Positions 1 to 9,219 are shown, counted from the first letter of the stretch. The stretch is DNA of 63,482 nucleotides from Clostridia bacterium (GCA_047017005.1 JBKXSZ010000002.1:44620-108101), one strand, 5' to 3'. Numbers and translations are program-made. The notes: generated by a model not told the origin, from the sequence alone.

Positions 1-383
1 AAACGAATTAACCAGTTAATGATAGGAATTTCCATATTACTCTTTAAAGTTGGGAAATATGTCTTACGTGGTGCATTAATAATCGCATTCATTGTACAGT
101 CCATTGGATGTACATGATTCGATACTGTAATTTTTCCAGCTTGAATTCCCTCTACATTCTTTTCTCCTTCAATAGAAAACCCAAATGCCACTTTATTAAA
201 TACAAATAGAATTGGATAAATAATAACATATAAAATAGTAGAAAGAATTGTAAAAAGATATCCCCTTTTTACAAAAGTATAGTTTTCATCTATCTTTGCA
301 TGTAATGGAGACCACATATGAAATACATGGCTATTTTCATTCTCTGCTAGTTCTTCTCTTGCTTCGTATTCTTGTACATTCAT
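1..383 (-). CDS. PlsC-type lysophospholipid acyltransferase, N-terminal 127 codons (3' end beyond window edge)
   Basis: Absent from the ORF track because it is open at the window edge. My translation from the ATG at 383 reads MNVQEYEAREELAENENSHVFHMWSPL...ITVSNHVHPMDCTMNAIINAPRKTYFPTLKSNMEIPIINWLIR. It contains the acyltransferase H(X4)D block (NHVHPMD). An AAAGGGG Shine-Dalgarno lies about 10 nt upstream. Confidence 0.55.
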   Translation of the reverse strand, partial: MNVQEYEAREELAENENSHVFHMWSPLHAKIDENYTFVKRGYLFTILSTILYVIIYPILFVFNKVAFGFSIEGEKNVEGIQAGKITVSNHVHPMDCTMNAIINAPRKTYFPTLKSNMEIPIINWLIR

Positions 384-791
384 TTTATTTATCGCACCCC
401 TTTATTTTCTACTTCTTCTATTTTTATTATATCTTTTTTTCTGTTCAAACACAAGTAACAAATCTCGCTAAATACTAGAGAACCTATATACCTGAAAAAG
501 CTATGATACTTATATATTGTATTGCCTTATTTATCTACCAATCACACCCTCTATAAAGAAATTCTAGCGTACATATACTAACAAACTGATACCTGGCACC
601 CAGAGCCATTGGTTTTATAAAAGCATCATCACACGCACGATTAACATGCCTCCATTATTCTGTCTCACTTAACCCCTATTCTTTATTTTACACCACAAAA
701 AGATAGGGGTCTTATTTGAATTGAAATGCTCATTTGAATCCTATCTTCTCTTTTTATATTTTAAATAAACAAATTACGTCAAGCCTTTCTT

Positions 792-1310
792 TTACTCTTT
801 CCAATTTGCTAAGTCTTGAAATACTTTCAAATGTATCTCTTCATCCAAAATAATTCGATTTAAAGTAGCTCTGATACTTTGATTTCTTGTATGCATCATT
901 GCTTTTTTATACCCCATAATCGCTTCTTTTTCTAATTCTGCATTGTATAGCATTGTTTCTTTCCTCGTACCTGTCTTATATCTTACATTATGTGCACTCC
1001 ATGTTTCTCCTAAACTATTGACATATTTAGGTTCTAGACCTAATTGTTTAATCAAAGAACCAATTACTTCCATATGTTTCATTTCCTGTATTGCAATTTG
1101 TAGTAATAGCCTACTAATATCTTGATTTTCTATTTGAATATGTTCATATACATATTGGGTAATTGCAGAAAGTTCTCCTAAATTTCCTGCAAAATCCTCA
1201 TACAACATTTTGGCATAATTGGTACTCTTTTTAATATTTTGTAACTTTGGAAATGGCAACTGTTTATTTGCCTCTAACATTTCTTTTAGTTTGATATATT
1301 CCAAATTCAA
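792..1310 (-). CDS. Mn-catalase / CotJC-like ferritin-fold protein
   Basis: 172 aa. DFAGNLGELSAITQYVYEHIQ and QEMKHMEVIGSLIKQLG match the di-metal E...H helices of the Mn-catalase/CotJC family. Confidence 0.6.
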   Translation of the reverse strand: MNLEYIKLKEMLEANKQLPFPKLQNIKKSTNYAKMLYEDFAGNLGELSAITQYVYEHIQIENQDISRLLLQIAIQEMKHMEVIGSLIKQLGLEPKYVNSLGETWSAHNVRYKTGTRKETMLYNAELEKEAIMGYKKAMMHTRNQSIRATLNRIILDEEIHLKVFQDLANWKE

Positions 1311-1391
1311 TCCCTCCCTCTTATGCCTATATTGTATGCAATCTTTCTTTGTTTTGTGAAAAGTTAACCAATACTGTAAACCTCTCTTCTT

Positions 1392-1922
1392 TTAAATCTT
1401 GTATTTCCCTCTTTTATAGTCCTCTGCAATTCCTTTGAATATCTTTTTATGTACCGTTTCATCTAATATAATTCTATCTAATAAATCACGAATACTCTTA
1501 TTGTCTGTATAACTTTTTTCAAATTCATAATTATCAATTGTATTCTGCTCTTGCTCAATATCATATTCCATTGTTTTTAAAATATCCTTTGTTACATAAT
1601 TCAATCGATCTGCACACCAAAACTTACCAGTATCATCTCGGTATTCTGGTCTATCCCCTAGTTGTTTAATCAATCCTCCTATTAAAACCAAATGATGTAT
1701 TTCAATTTTCGCTATTTCTAACATAATCTCTTTTAAATTCTCATCTTCAAATTGAATATGTTGATATATATATAAAGTGACAGCCGTTACTTCTCCTTCA
1801 TATCCGCCATAACTACGAAACATTCTATCTGCCAAATCTCTATCTGGTTTCACATTACGAAGTACTGGATATGGTACATATTGCAAGCTATCTAACAGCT
1901 CTTTTGCTTGTTTACATTTCAT
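1392..1922 (-). CDS. Mn-catalase / CotJC-like ferritin-fold protein (tandem paralog)
   Basis: 176 aa. YGGYEGEVTAVTLYIYQHIQ and IEIHHLVLIGGLIKQLG have the same architecture as the neighbouring ORF. Confidence 0.6.
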   Translation of the reverse strand: MKCKQAKELLDSLQYVPYPVLRNVKPDRDLADRMFRSYGGYEGEVTAVTLYIYQHIQFEDENLKEIMLEIAKIEIHHLVLIGGLIKQLGDRPEYRDDTGKFWCADRLNYVTKDILKTMEYDIEQEQNTIDNYEFEKSYTDNKSIRDLLDRIILDETVHKKIFKGIAEDYKRGKYKI

Positions 1923-2133
1923 ATGTTTTCACCTCTCTTCTCATATATATGAGAAATTTTCTCTTTGATTCCTTTTTTCCATTCTCTGAACTTTTTTACT
2001 AAAAATTTTAAATATAACCCTATATTTTTTTAGTTTTCTATTTCTTTTTTATTTTCTTTATCATATAATACAAAGAAGAAAGAATATAATTATATTTTTT
2101 TGGATTATTAATTCCTTTTAAGGAGGCCAAAGA

Positions 2134-3027
2134 ATGAAAAAGATTATTTTTAAAGGCTGTGGAACAGCTATCCCTACACCTTTCACAGAAAATGGTGTAA
2201 ATTTTGAAGAGTTTGGAAAACTAATCGAATTTCAAATTCAAGAAGGAGTAGATGCCATTATCGTTTGTGGTACTACTGGTGAATCTTCTACTATGACATT
2301 AGAAGAGAAAAAAGAAACGATAAAATTTGCAATCAAAAAAGCTAATAGACGTGTTCCTATCATTGCAGGGACTGGTGGAAACAATACCAAGTCTGTTATT
2401 GAAATGACAAAATATGCAGAATCTGTTGGAGTAGATGGACTTTTAATTGTTACCCCCTATTACAATAAAACGACACAAGCTGGTTTAGTTGCTCATTATC
2501 AAGCTGTTGCAAAAGAAACTACACTACCAATTATTCTTTATAGTGTTGCAAGTAGAACTGGTTTAAATATTACTCCAGAAACTTGTTTAGAATTATCCAA
2601 AATTCCAAATATTGTAGCAATTAAAGAAGCAAGTGGTAACATTTCACAAGTTGCTAAAATTGCATCTCTTTGTGGAGATAACTTACATATTTATACTGGT
2701 AATGATGACCAAGTATTACCTACTTTAGCTCTTGGGGGATTAGGAGTCATTTCTGTTATCGGAAATTTAGCCCCTAAAAAATATCATCATATGGTACAAA
2801 GCTATTTCGATGGAGATACTTCTACTGCAACCAAAATCCAGTTAGAGAGTATTCCTCTTATCAATAGTTTATTTAGTGAAGTAAATCCTATTCCTGTAAA
2901 AGCTGCTTTAAATCTAATGGGTTATCAATATGGAGTTCCAAGACTTCCTCTAGTAGAAATGACAGAAGCAGGTAAAGAAAATTTACGTAAAGAACTAAAT
3001 GCTTATGGCATTGAAACGAAAAACTAA
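2134..3027 (+). CDS. dapA: 4-hydroxy-tetrahydrodipicolinate synthase
   Basis: 297 aa. Motifs GTTGES, TPYYNK and the active-site IKEASG lysine region are present. An AAGGAGG RBS lies 6 nt upstream. Confidence 0.92.
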   Translation: MKKIIFKGCGTAIPTPFTENGVNFEEFGKLIEFQIQEGVDAIIVCGTTGESSTMTLEEKKETIKFAIKKANRRVPIIAGTGGNNTKSVIEMTKYAESVGVDGLLIVTPYYNKTTQAGLVAHYQAVAKETTLPIILYSVASRTGLNITPETCLELSKIPNIVAIKEASGNISQVAKIASLCGDNLHIYTGNDDQVLPTLALGGLGVISVIGNLAPKKYHHMVQSYFDGDTSTATKIQLESIPLINSLFSEVNPIPVKAALNLMGYQYGVPRLPLVEMTEAGKENLRKELNAYGIETKN

Positions 3028-3169
3028 AAATTCTATTAAAAGTATTAAAAATTTATTAATTTAAAAAGGGGACAAGAAAATGCGTGGTATAATGAGGATA
3101 CAAATAAAAAATAAATGCCATGCATTTTCATATAATATAAAATAGATGGCAATATAAAGGGGTATTTTA

Positions 3170-3709
3170 ATGACATTAGATACAAACGAAATTTTAGCAA
3201 ATCATTCAGAATTTGCTCTTATTATTCAAGAAATATTAGAAAATGAAACTGTGCAAAAAATGAAATTATATAATCATCACTATAATACAACGTGTTTTGA
3301 CCATTGTATTCACGTAGCTTATGCAAGTTATTGGATAGCTAAAAAACGACGTCTAGATTATGTGTCTGCTGCAAGGGCTGGAATGCTTCATGACTTGTTT
3401 TTATATGATTGGCATGAAAAGCAACCAGATACAAAAGGTTTTCATGCTTTTACTCATGCAAAAACAGCTTTTGGAAATGCAAATAAACTTTTTCATCTAA
3501 ATCCAATTGAAAAAGATGCTATACTAAAACATATGTGGCCAGTTACCTTTTCTTTTCCTCGTTATCAAGAAAGCTATATCATTACACTTGCCGATAAATA
3601 TGCTGCTCTTCGCGAAAGTTTTGACGCGTATAAACGTAATTCTAGACTTCAAAAGCTATATCGATATAGTTATGTATTTTTAACTATGGTAATTTTAAAG
3701 TTTATATGA
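3170..3709 (+). CDS. HD-domain phosphohydrolase-family protein
   Basis: 179 aa. H..H (FDHCIHVA) and the HD dyad (MLHDLFLYDW) are typical of the HD superfamily. Confidence 0.6.
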   Translation: MTLDTNEILANHSEFALIIQEILENETVQKMKLYNHHYNTTCFDHCIHVAYASYWIAKKRRLDYVSAARAGMLHDLFLYDWHEKQPDTKGFHAFTHAKTAFGNANKLFHLNPIEKDAILKHMWPVTFSFPRYQESYIITLADKYAALRESFDAYKRNSRLQKLYRYSYVFLTMVILKFI

Positions 3710-3778
3710 TAAAATACAAAATAGATAGGAATATCCTATCTGTTTTTCACATTATAGAAATGAATAGGAGGAATTATT

Positions 3779-4540
3779 ATGATTAAAGTTTTTGTTAATG
3801 GTTGTAATGGAACGATGAGTAAGCAAGTTTTATTGGAAATAAATAAAAGTGAAGATATGACAGTAGTTGGGGGATTTGATAAAGAACCTAATAAAGCATA
3901 TGACTTTCCTGTATACACAGATATTAATAAAATAAAAGTAGATGCCGATGTTATTATTGACTTCTCAGTTCCATCTGCTACTTTAGAAATATTAACTTAT
4001 GCCAAGAAATCACAAACCCCTATTGTTATTGCAACTACCGGTTTTTCTAATACAGACCTTCTTATGATAGAAGAAGCTTCTCATTCTATACCAATTTTCC
4101 GTTCTTCTAATATGTCTTTTGATATTGCTGTTATGAAAAAAGTAATCGCTTCTCTTTCTCATATTTTAGAAGGAACCGATATTGAAATTATAGAGACACA
4201 TCATAATCGCAAGCTGGATGCTCCTAGTGGCACTGCTCTTGCTCTAGCAGATGCTATTAATAAAGAGTTTGATAATTCTTATGAATATGTGTATTCTCGT
4301 CATGAAAGAAGAGAACCAAGAAATAAAAGAGAAATTGGAATTTCTTCTGTTCGTGGCGGTAATATTGTTGGAGAACATTCTGTACAATTCTTCGGTCCTT
4401 ATGAAACTTTTGAAATTAAACATATTGCACATTCTAGAAGTGTTTTCGCACAAGGAGCTATTAAAGCTGCTAAATTCTTGATTCGTCAAAAGCCAGGGAG
4501 TTATTCTATGGAAGATTTAATGGATATCAATATTGACTAA
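3779..4540 (+). CDS. dapB: 4-hydroxy-tetrahydrodipicolinate reductase
   Basis: 253 aa. Carries the signature E(T)HHNRKLDAPSGTA and an N-terminal GCNGTMS Rossmann-like start. A GGAGGA RBS is present. Confidence 0.9.
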   Translation: MIKVFVNGCNGTMSKQVLLEINKSEDMTVVGGFDKEPNKAYDFPVYTDINKIKVDADVIIDFSVPSATLEILTYAKKSQTPIVIATTGFSNTDLLMIEEASHSIPIFRSSNMSFDIAVMKKVIASLSHILEGTDIEIIETHHNRKLDAPSGTALALADAINKEFDNSYEYVYSRHERREPRNKREIGISSVRGGNIVGEHSVQFFGPYETFEIKHIAHSRSVFAQGAIKAAKFLIRQKPGSYSMEDLMDINID

Positions 4541-4570
4541 TTAGCACAGCTGGAAGACTAAATATATTTA

Positions 4571-4606
4571 AAGAAGGAATCAAGTTTGACTCCTTCTTAC
4601 TTTTTT
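4571..4606. terminator. bidirectional intrinsic terminator between dapB and the convergent DUF4363 gene
   Basis: AAGAAGGA...TCCTTCTT forms an 8-bp stem, followed by ACTTTTTT on plus and an A-run on the other side. Confidence 0.6.
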
Positions 4607-4994
4607 AAAAAATATTTTTTATATTTAAGGCTTCTTTTTCTTGAATATGTTCTAATAAATATTTTGCTTTATCTATACTTTCTATTCCATTTTCATATTC
4701 CTTTGTTTCAATATTTGCTTTTACACTTACTAATTCCGTTTGAACTTTTTCTAATTCATCATGCTCTATATAGTAAGAAAGCTCTTCATTAAAATCCGTC
4801 CATTTATGAAAAGTCTCTTCTATCTCTTTGGATAGTGTCTCCTCGTTTTTCTCTTTCTTTCCCATCTCTATTCGTAAAGCTTCCAAATCTTGGTTCATTT
4901 CCTCCACACTTTTTTGCGTATAACCTCTAGTAGCTAAGTTTCCCAGCAATATAGCAACAATGATAATACTTATAATAATCGTTTCTTTCCACAT
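4605..4994 (-). CDS. DUF4363-family protein
   Basis: It has an N-terminal TM helix and a helical body ending in ...NIKNIF, and sits in the usual partnership immediately downstream of a DUF421 gene. I prefer the ATG at 4994 (MWKETIII..., AGGAAG RBS) over the TTG at 5036 in the ORF track. Confidence 0.55.
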   Translation of the reverse strand: MWKETIIISIIIVAILLGNLATRGYTQKSVEEMNQDLEALRIEMGKKEKNEETLSKEIEETFHKWTDFNEELSYYIEHDELEKVQTELVSVKANIETKEYENGIESIDKAKYLLEHIQEKEALNIKNIF

Positions 4995-5011
4995 AATCTC
5001 TTCTTCCTTTT

Positions 5012-5687
5012 CTATGATTTCATCTTTTCTTGACAAAAGATTTGTCCTTTCCCATCCAAAGTTACAATCAATGCATCTTCTGGATTTATATGAAACTTAT
5101 TTACTTCTTTCTTCAGCCAACTATAGTTTTTTCCTATTTTCTTTAAATTATCACCCATTACTTTTCCATCAATTACTAAGTCATAAGCAAGACCTTCATA
5201 ATCTGGAGTTATATTAAAGTCTTCTGGTATTGTCGTTCTCTTCTCCGGTTTTTGAATGACTGTAACTTGTCCATTGGTTTCTAATATTGCATATTCCACA
5301 TCTCCTATATTAAAGATATTATTTCCCCTTAATCTTTCTTGTAATTCATTTACTGTAAATCTTTCTTTTTTTAAAGCTTTTTCATCAATTCTTCCTCGAT
5401 AAATTAAAATAGCTGGTTTTCCACATATAATCCCTCTTAAATGTATGCTTTTCATATTAATAATAGAGATAACAAGATGCATTACCAATAGCCCTAAAAT
5501 CGGAATAATACCGATTGGAAATTGGTACTCCTACATCTGTCATAGGAATTGATGCCAAATCTGCAATCATAATAGAAATAGCAAGCTCAAAAGGTTGTAA
5601 TTGTCCTATTTCTCTCTTCCCCATTAATCGCATCACGAATAACACAACGAGATATAGTACAATAGACCTAATAAATGTAATTAACAT
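5012..5687 (-). pseudogene. DUF421 (YetF/YdfS-like) membrane protein split by a +1 frameshift
   Basis: ORFs 5457..5687 (TM N-terminus ...DVGVPISN) and 5012..5488 (..VMHLVISIINMKSIHLRGIICGKP..) are two halves of one family. Reading GGTATTATTCCGATTTTAGGG in the second frame gives GIIPILGLLVMHL, which continues directly from PISN if the C in AAT-C-GGT (plus-strand G at 5513) is removed. Confidence 0.75.
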
Positions 5688-5938
5688 ATCTTTCCTTCCT
5701 TTTCTATTTTCTTTTATTTTAATTCAAATTTATTTTGATTTTATTTGATTCTCTTTTGTATTTTGTTCTATATTTGAAAAAAGTATACTTCTTCTCTTTC
5801 TTTTTTTATTCTGCCAAAAATTATAATAAAAATTACGAATAGAAATTTTTTAAATGTTCATACTATAAATAGCCATCAAAAAAAATGATAAAATACATTC
5901 TTATTTAGAATAGGAGGACTGAAAAATCATGGATAATA

Positions 5939-6307
5939 ATGAACATGCTCGGAAGTAATTCCCGTGGAGCAAGTACAGTATGGCAAATCGTAGGTAGATT
6001 AGTTACAGCCGCAATTGTTCTTGCAATTACTGCCTTTTTTACACCAGGATTTACAATTAATAATATTTGGGCATTAGCTTTAGCTGCAGTGGTTCTTACA
6101 GCTCTTGATTATATTATCACGAAATTTACTGGATTACATGCTAGTCCATTTGGTAAAGGGTTTGTGGGCTTTGTATTAGCTGCTGTTACTTTATATATCA
6201 CTCAATTTGTAGTAGCTGGATATTCTATATCTTGGCTTGCTGCTATTATTGGTGCTGTTATATATGGTATTGTCGATTATATTATTCCTGGCGAACAAGC
6301 AATGTAA
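5939..6307 (+). CDS. small 4-TM membrane protein (holin-like / DUF360- or DUF2512-like, family uncertain)
   Basis: 122 aa and strongly hydrophobic (...AIVLAITAFFTPGFTINNIWALALAAVVLTALDYII...). The start is uncertain; see the finding on the 5914-5950 start region. Confidence 0.55.
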   Translation: MNMLGSNSRGASTVWQIVGRLVTAAIVLAITAFFTPGFTINNIWALALAAVVLTALDYIITKFTGLHASPFGKGFVGFVLAAVTLYITQFVVAGYSISWLAAIIGAVIYGIVDYIIPGEQAM

Positions 6308-6320
6308 CAATCTTTAATAA

Positions 6321-6381
6321 GGGTGTCCTAAAATAGGAACTTAACGCCAAAAAATCCAGCTCGATAAGAGTTGGATTTTTT
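6321..6381. repeat. left copy of an approx 60-bp imperfect inverted repeat containing a terminator hairpin
   Basis: GGGTGTCCTAAAATAGGAAC...AAAAAATCCAGCTCGATAAGAGTTGGATTTTTT. Its reverse complement recurs at 6636..6695 at about 80% identity. The hairpin CCAGCTC/GAGTTGG is flanked by A and T runs. Confidence 0.7.
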
Positions 6382-6635
6382 GTAAAATTCGATTTTTCCA
6401 AAGATTTCTTATGAATATTCTGCTCTTTTTCCTCTCATTTTATATTAGATTTCTACTTGCTACGTATTTTAATTGTCATAATTTTTTAAATCGTATTTAT
6501 CTATTTCCTTGTGCTTTGTGCACTCTCTTTTATGTGTGCAACTACTACAGTCAAATTTCTAAAGGTGAATGTTTTCCACTAAAATCACTATTTTTAAGTA
6601 TTGATTTATCAGTATCTCTAACTATTTTTATATCC

Positions 6636-6695
6636 AAAAATTCAACTCTTATCGAGCTGGACTTTTTACTTCTAGGGTTCCTATTTCAGGACACC
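6636..6695. repeat. right copy of the inverted repeat; acts as terminator of the pilin-like gene 6725..7672
   Basis: On the minus strand it reads GGTGTCCTGAAATAGGAACC...AAAAAGTCCAGCTCGATAAGAGTTGAATTTTT. Confidence 0.7.
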
Positions 6696-6724
6696 TTCAT
6701 GTCTCTTTCTAATTTTTTACAAAA

Positions 6725-7672
6725 TTAGAAAGTCGCACTCAAGCGCACGTAGCCGCCGTTATAGACGCCGCCGAAGTCCATATAACCGCGGCCGAAGCGC
6801 GCGTTAAATGCGCGGAAAGTATCGTACTGGGCGGAAGACCAGTAGTCGTCGCTAAGCCCTTTGTTTGCATAATTTTCTTTTGTTATTCCTAATTCTTCTG
6901 CAAATGCTGACCATTCGGCTCTAGAAGGTACGAACCATCCATTTGCAACTTGTGACTTTATTTGTCCCCACATATCTTTGTTATTTGTAGATTGGTCTTG
7001 TTCTCCATATGCTTTTGCATCCCATTTAGCTATCATTGCATTTGTATTGGCTTTTCCTGTTCCGAAATCTCCTGATGTTGCAGTTGCATAATCACTCATA
7101 TTTCCATATGCAGCATTATACCAGTCATAAAGTGTTCCATTTCTTTTTCCGTCTATATCTGTTAATGCCATTATATAAAATCTATCTTTCCCTGTTCCTG
7201 TTGGTGATAGTACGTCCTTCGTTCCAAAACTTCCTTCGTAATTTGTCTTGCTTATATAGTAGTCTTTAACCCCTTCAGCAACAGGTATTGTGTAATTACC
7301 ATCTGAATCATACCATTGTCCATCTCCTGTATTTCCTTTTGCTAAATCTGCATATATTATTCCGTCAACTGTTCCGTCTGCATTTATATCTGCATAATAT
7401 CCTACATATGACTCTGTTTTTGAAATATTTTCTACTGTTTCTTCATTTGGTAAATATCTATTTAATTCACCATATATTTCATTTAACGTATTTAGTTCAT
7501 TTTGTGTCGCTTGTTCTGATTTGTTTTTCGCTTCTTGTGTTTTTTCGATTAATCCACTATTGACTGCAAAATATATGGTTACCCCTGCTAAAATAAGTAA
7601 AATAATGATTGTTACGACTAATGCAATTAATGTAATACCTTTCCTTTCTTTTAAATTTCCCTTCATTTTCAT
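6725..7672 (-). CDS. type IV pilin-like N-terminus / DUF1566 (Lcl C-terminal, CLec-like) domain protein; candidate DGR target 1
   Basis: 315 aa. MKMKGNLKERKG-ITLIALVVTIIILLILAGV is a prepilin-type leader plus hydrophobic helix. DINADGTVDG is a Ca-binding-loop-like motif. The C-terminus WFVPSRAEW...YWSSAQ...VRLSATF matches the DUF1566 pattern. A GAGGAGGAATG RBS is present. Confidence 0.8.
   Translation of the reverse strand: MKMKGNLKERKGITLIALVVTIIILLILAGVTIYFAVNSGLIEKTQEAKNKSEQATQNELNTLNEIYGELNRYLPNEETVENISKTESYVGYYADINADGTVDGIIYADLAKGNTGDGQWYDSDGNYTIPVAEGVKDYYISKTNYEGSFGTKDVLSPTGTGKDRFYIMALTDIDGKRNGTLYDWYNAAYGNMSDYATATSGDFGTGKANTNAMIAKWDAKAYGEQDQSTNNKDMWGQIKSQVANGWFVPSRAEWSAFAEELGITKENYANKGLSDDYWSSAQYDTFRAFNARFGRGYMDFGGVYNGGYVRLSATF
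6728..6862 (-). other. DGR variable-region-like block (VR-like 1) at the 3' end of the gene
   Basis: By hand count 6728-6841 is 59% GC, in a genome under 30% GC. It is colinear with 10359..10472. Differences are confined to discrete codons, mostly at positions 1-2. Confidence 0.6.
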
Positions 7673-7826
7673 TCCTCCTCTGTTTTATTTTTTATATTAA
7701 AATTTAATAACTAATTAAACGCAAAAAAGACAGCAACAAAAACCTGCTTATTTCAGATTTTTATTACTATCTTTTTTATTCCATATATTATCAAAGCTAT
7801 TTTTTATAGTAAAGTATAGCTCTCTA
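7341..7826. repeat. direct repeat copy 1 (5' module: promoter region + codons 1-111 of the pilin-like gene)
   Basis: Near-identical to 11005..11495 at a constant offset of 3664 nt. I see one substitution in the coding part, and three substitutions plus one single-base indel upstream. Confidence 0.85.
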
Positions 7827-8634
7827 GTGTTTGTAGTATTTGCTGACATACATATTTTCCCTTCTTTTACATCTTTTTTCTTTTCTTTTTTAACTATATA
7901 ATTTAAACTTCAATAAGTCAATTTATTTTGCTTAATTTCTCTAATATTAAAATTATTCATAATCTCAACTCACTAAAATTATAATTTTTTATTCTAATGC
8001 AAACATAACTTTTTCATAATCTTTTACATAGTATCTAATATTAGTTCTACCTTTTTACTTTCATTCGCCATAATAAATTCCACTTCTGCCTATATTATAT
8101 AAGATTATTTTTTATATGCAATAAGCCAATTTTATTTATATTTAATTTTCTAAACTTTATTTAATTGCTTATTCTAACCTTTTATCTTTATTATCGTTAA
8201 AAGAATCTTTAATATAAGTATTGTATTCTGTTTATTAATAGTAGTCTTGTTTTCCTTCTTATCTTCTAATAATAATAAGCAACTATTGAATCTTGATAAC
8301 TTTTTCCCGCATTTCTAAAATAAAAATTCTCCGAACAGAAAATTCACAATAAAGTTTTTGTAATAATTGATTTTAAAGTTTACAAGTATTATTTTTCCGA
8401 GTAAAAATAATGAATAATGAAAATAAGTAGAATTCGATAATGCCAATACTTACAAATAATTTTAGATAAAAATAAAAAAGTCTAAATTTATTTAAAATCC
8501 AGGCTTTTTTGCTGCGGATGAAGGGACTATATCGCTTATTTCTAATCATTTGCCTTCTCCTTGTTGATTTAATTGTTGAAGTAGAAAAAATTAAAATAAA
8601 TTATATATCATGAAAATTAATTATTATAAATTAT

Positions 8635-8949
8635 TTATAATTTGTCTTTCCAATTACTAGCACCATATAAAACTCTTACAACATTTACTATTTTATCTTT
8701 ATCATTAATACAATAAAAAGCAATATAATTTTTAATAATTAATTTTCTAAATTGGTATGGTTTTATTACGTTATAATCAATAACAGGAAATTTACTAGGT
8801 TGATACTCTAATGATGTGAGCTCATTTTTTATTAATTTAGCATATTTTTCAGCAATAGTAGGCTCTAACAACTCATATTTAATATAACGAATAATATCTT
8901 TATAGTCGTTTTTAGCTTGTATGGATAATTGTACCTTATATTTATTCAA
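8635..8949 (-). CDS. RelE/ParE-family type II toxin
   Basis: 104 aa. A typical ParE/RelE layout (...AKNDYKDIIRYI...FRKLIIKNYIAFYCI..DKIVNVVRVLYGASNW). It lies 19 nt downstream of a small partner ORF. Confidence 0.7.
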   Translation of the reverse strand: MNKYKVQLSIQAKNDYKDIIRYIKYELLEPTIAEKYAKLIKNELTSLEYQPSKFPVIDYNVIKPYQFRKLIIKNYIAFYCINDKDKIVNVVRVLYGASNWKDKL

Positions 8950-8967
8950 TAGTATGACCTCCTGCTT

Positions 8968-9219
8968 TTAATCTAATAAAATTTTATTAACTTCTTTAAA
9001 AGCTTCTTCAACAGAGCATACTTTTCCTTCTTCTGTATCCTTCATTCCTTTTTGTAGCTTAGTTAATAAATCTTTGTCACTTTTTATAATTAAGTTACTT
9101 GGAGCTTTATCAAATGCATACATAAATTTAAGGTATTCTATATATTCAAATGCTTTTATTGAAAGTTCTTCTGGTAAACTTTCAATTACATTATATAATT
9201 CTTGTTGTTTCATTGTCAT
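8968..9219 (-). CDS. putative antitoxin of the RelE/ParE pair
   Basis: 83 aa and acidic, sitting immediately upstream of the toxin in the same orientation. The family was not identified from sequence alone. Confidence 0.5.
   Translation of the reverse strand: MTMKQQELYNVIESLPEELSIKAFEYIEYLKFMYAFDKAPSNLIIKSDKDLLTKLQKGMKDTEEGKVCSVEEAFKEVNKILLD

Noticed and set aside
296-478. 60-aa plus-strand ORF at the window start.
   Set aside because: It is antisense to the 5' end and RBS of the PlsC-like gene, with a low-complexity product.
1923-2133. Possible lysine (L-box) riboswitch upstream of dapA.
   Set aside because: The 210-nt leader is almost pure A/T, with none of the conserved L-box G/C-rich helices or the AGAGGNGC core.
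6411-6728. 105-aa plus-strand ORF between the inverted repeats.
   Set aside because: It has no RBS and a Phe/Leu/Ile-rich low-complexity translation typical of AT-rich non-coding DNA. It also runs through the terminator of the convergent gene.
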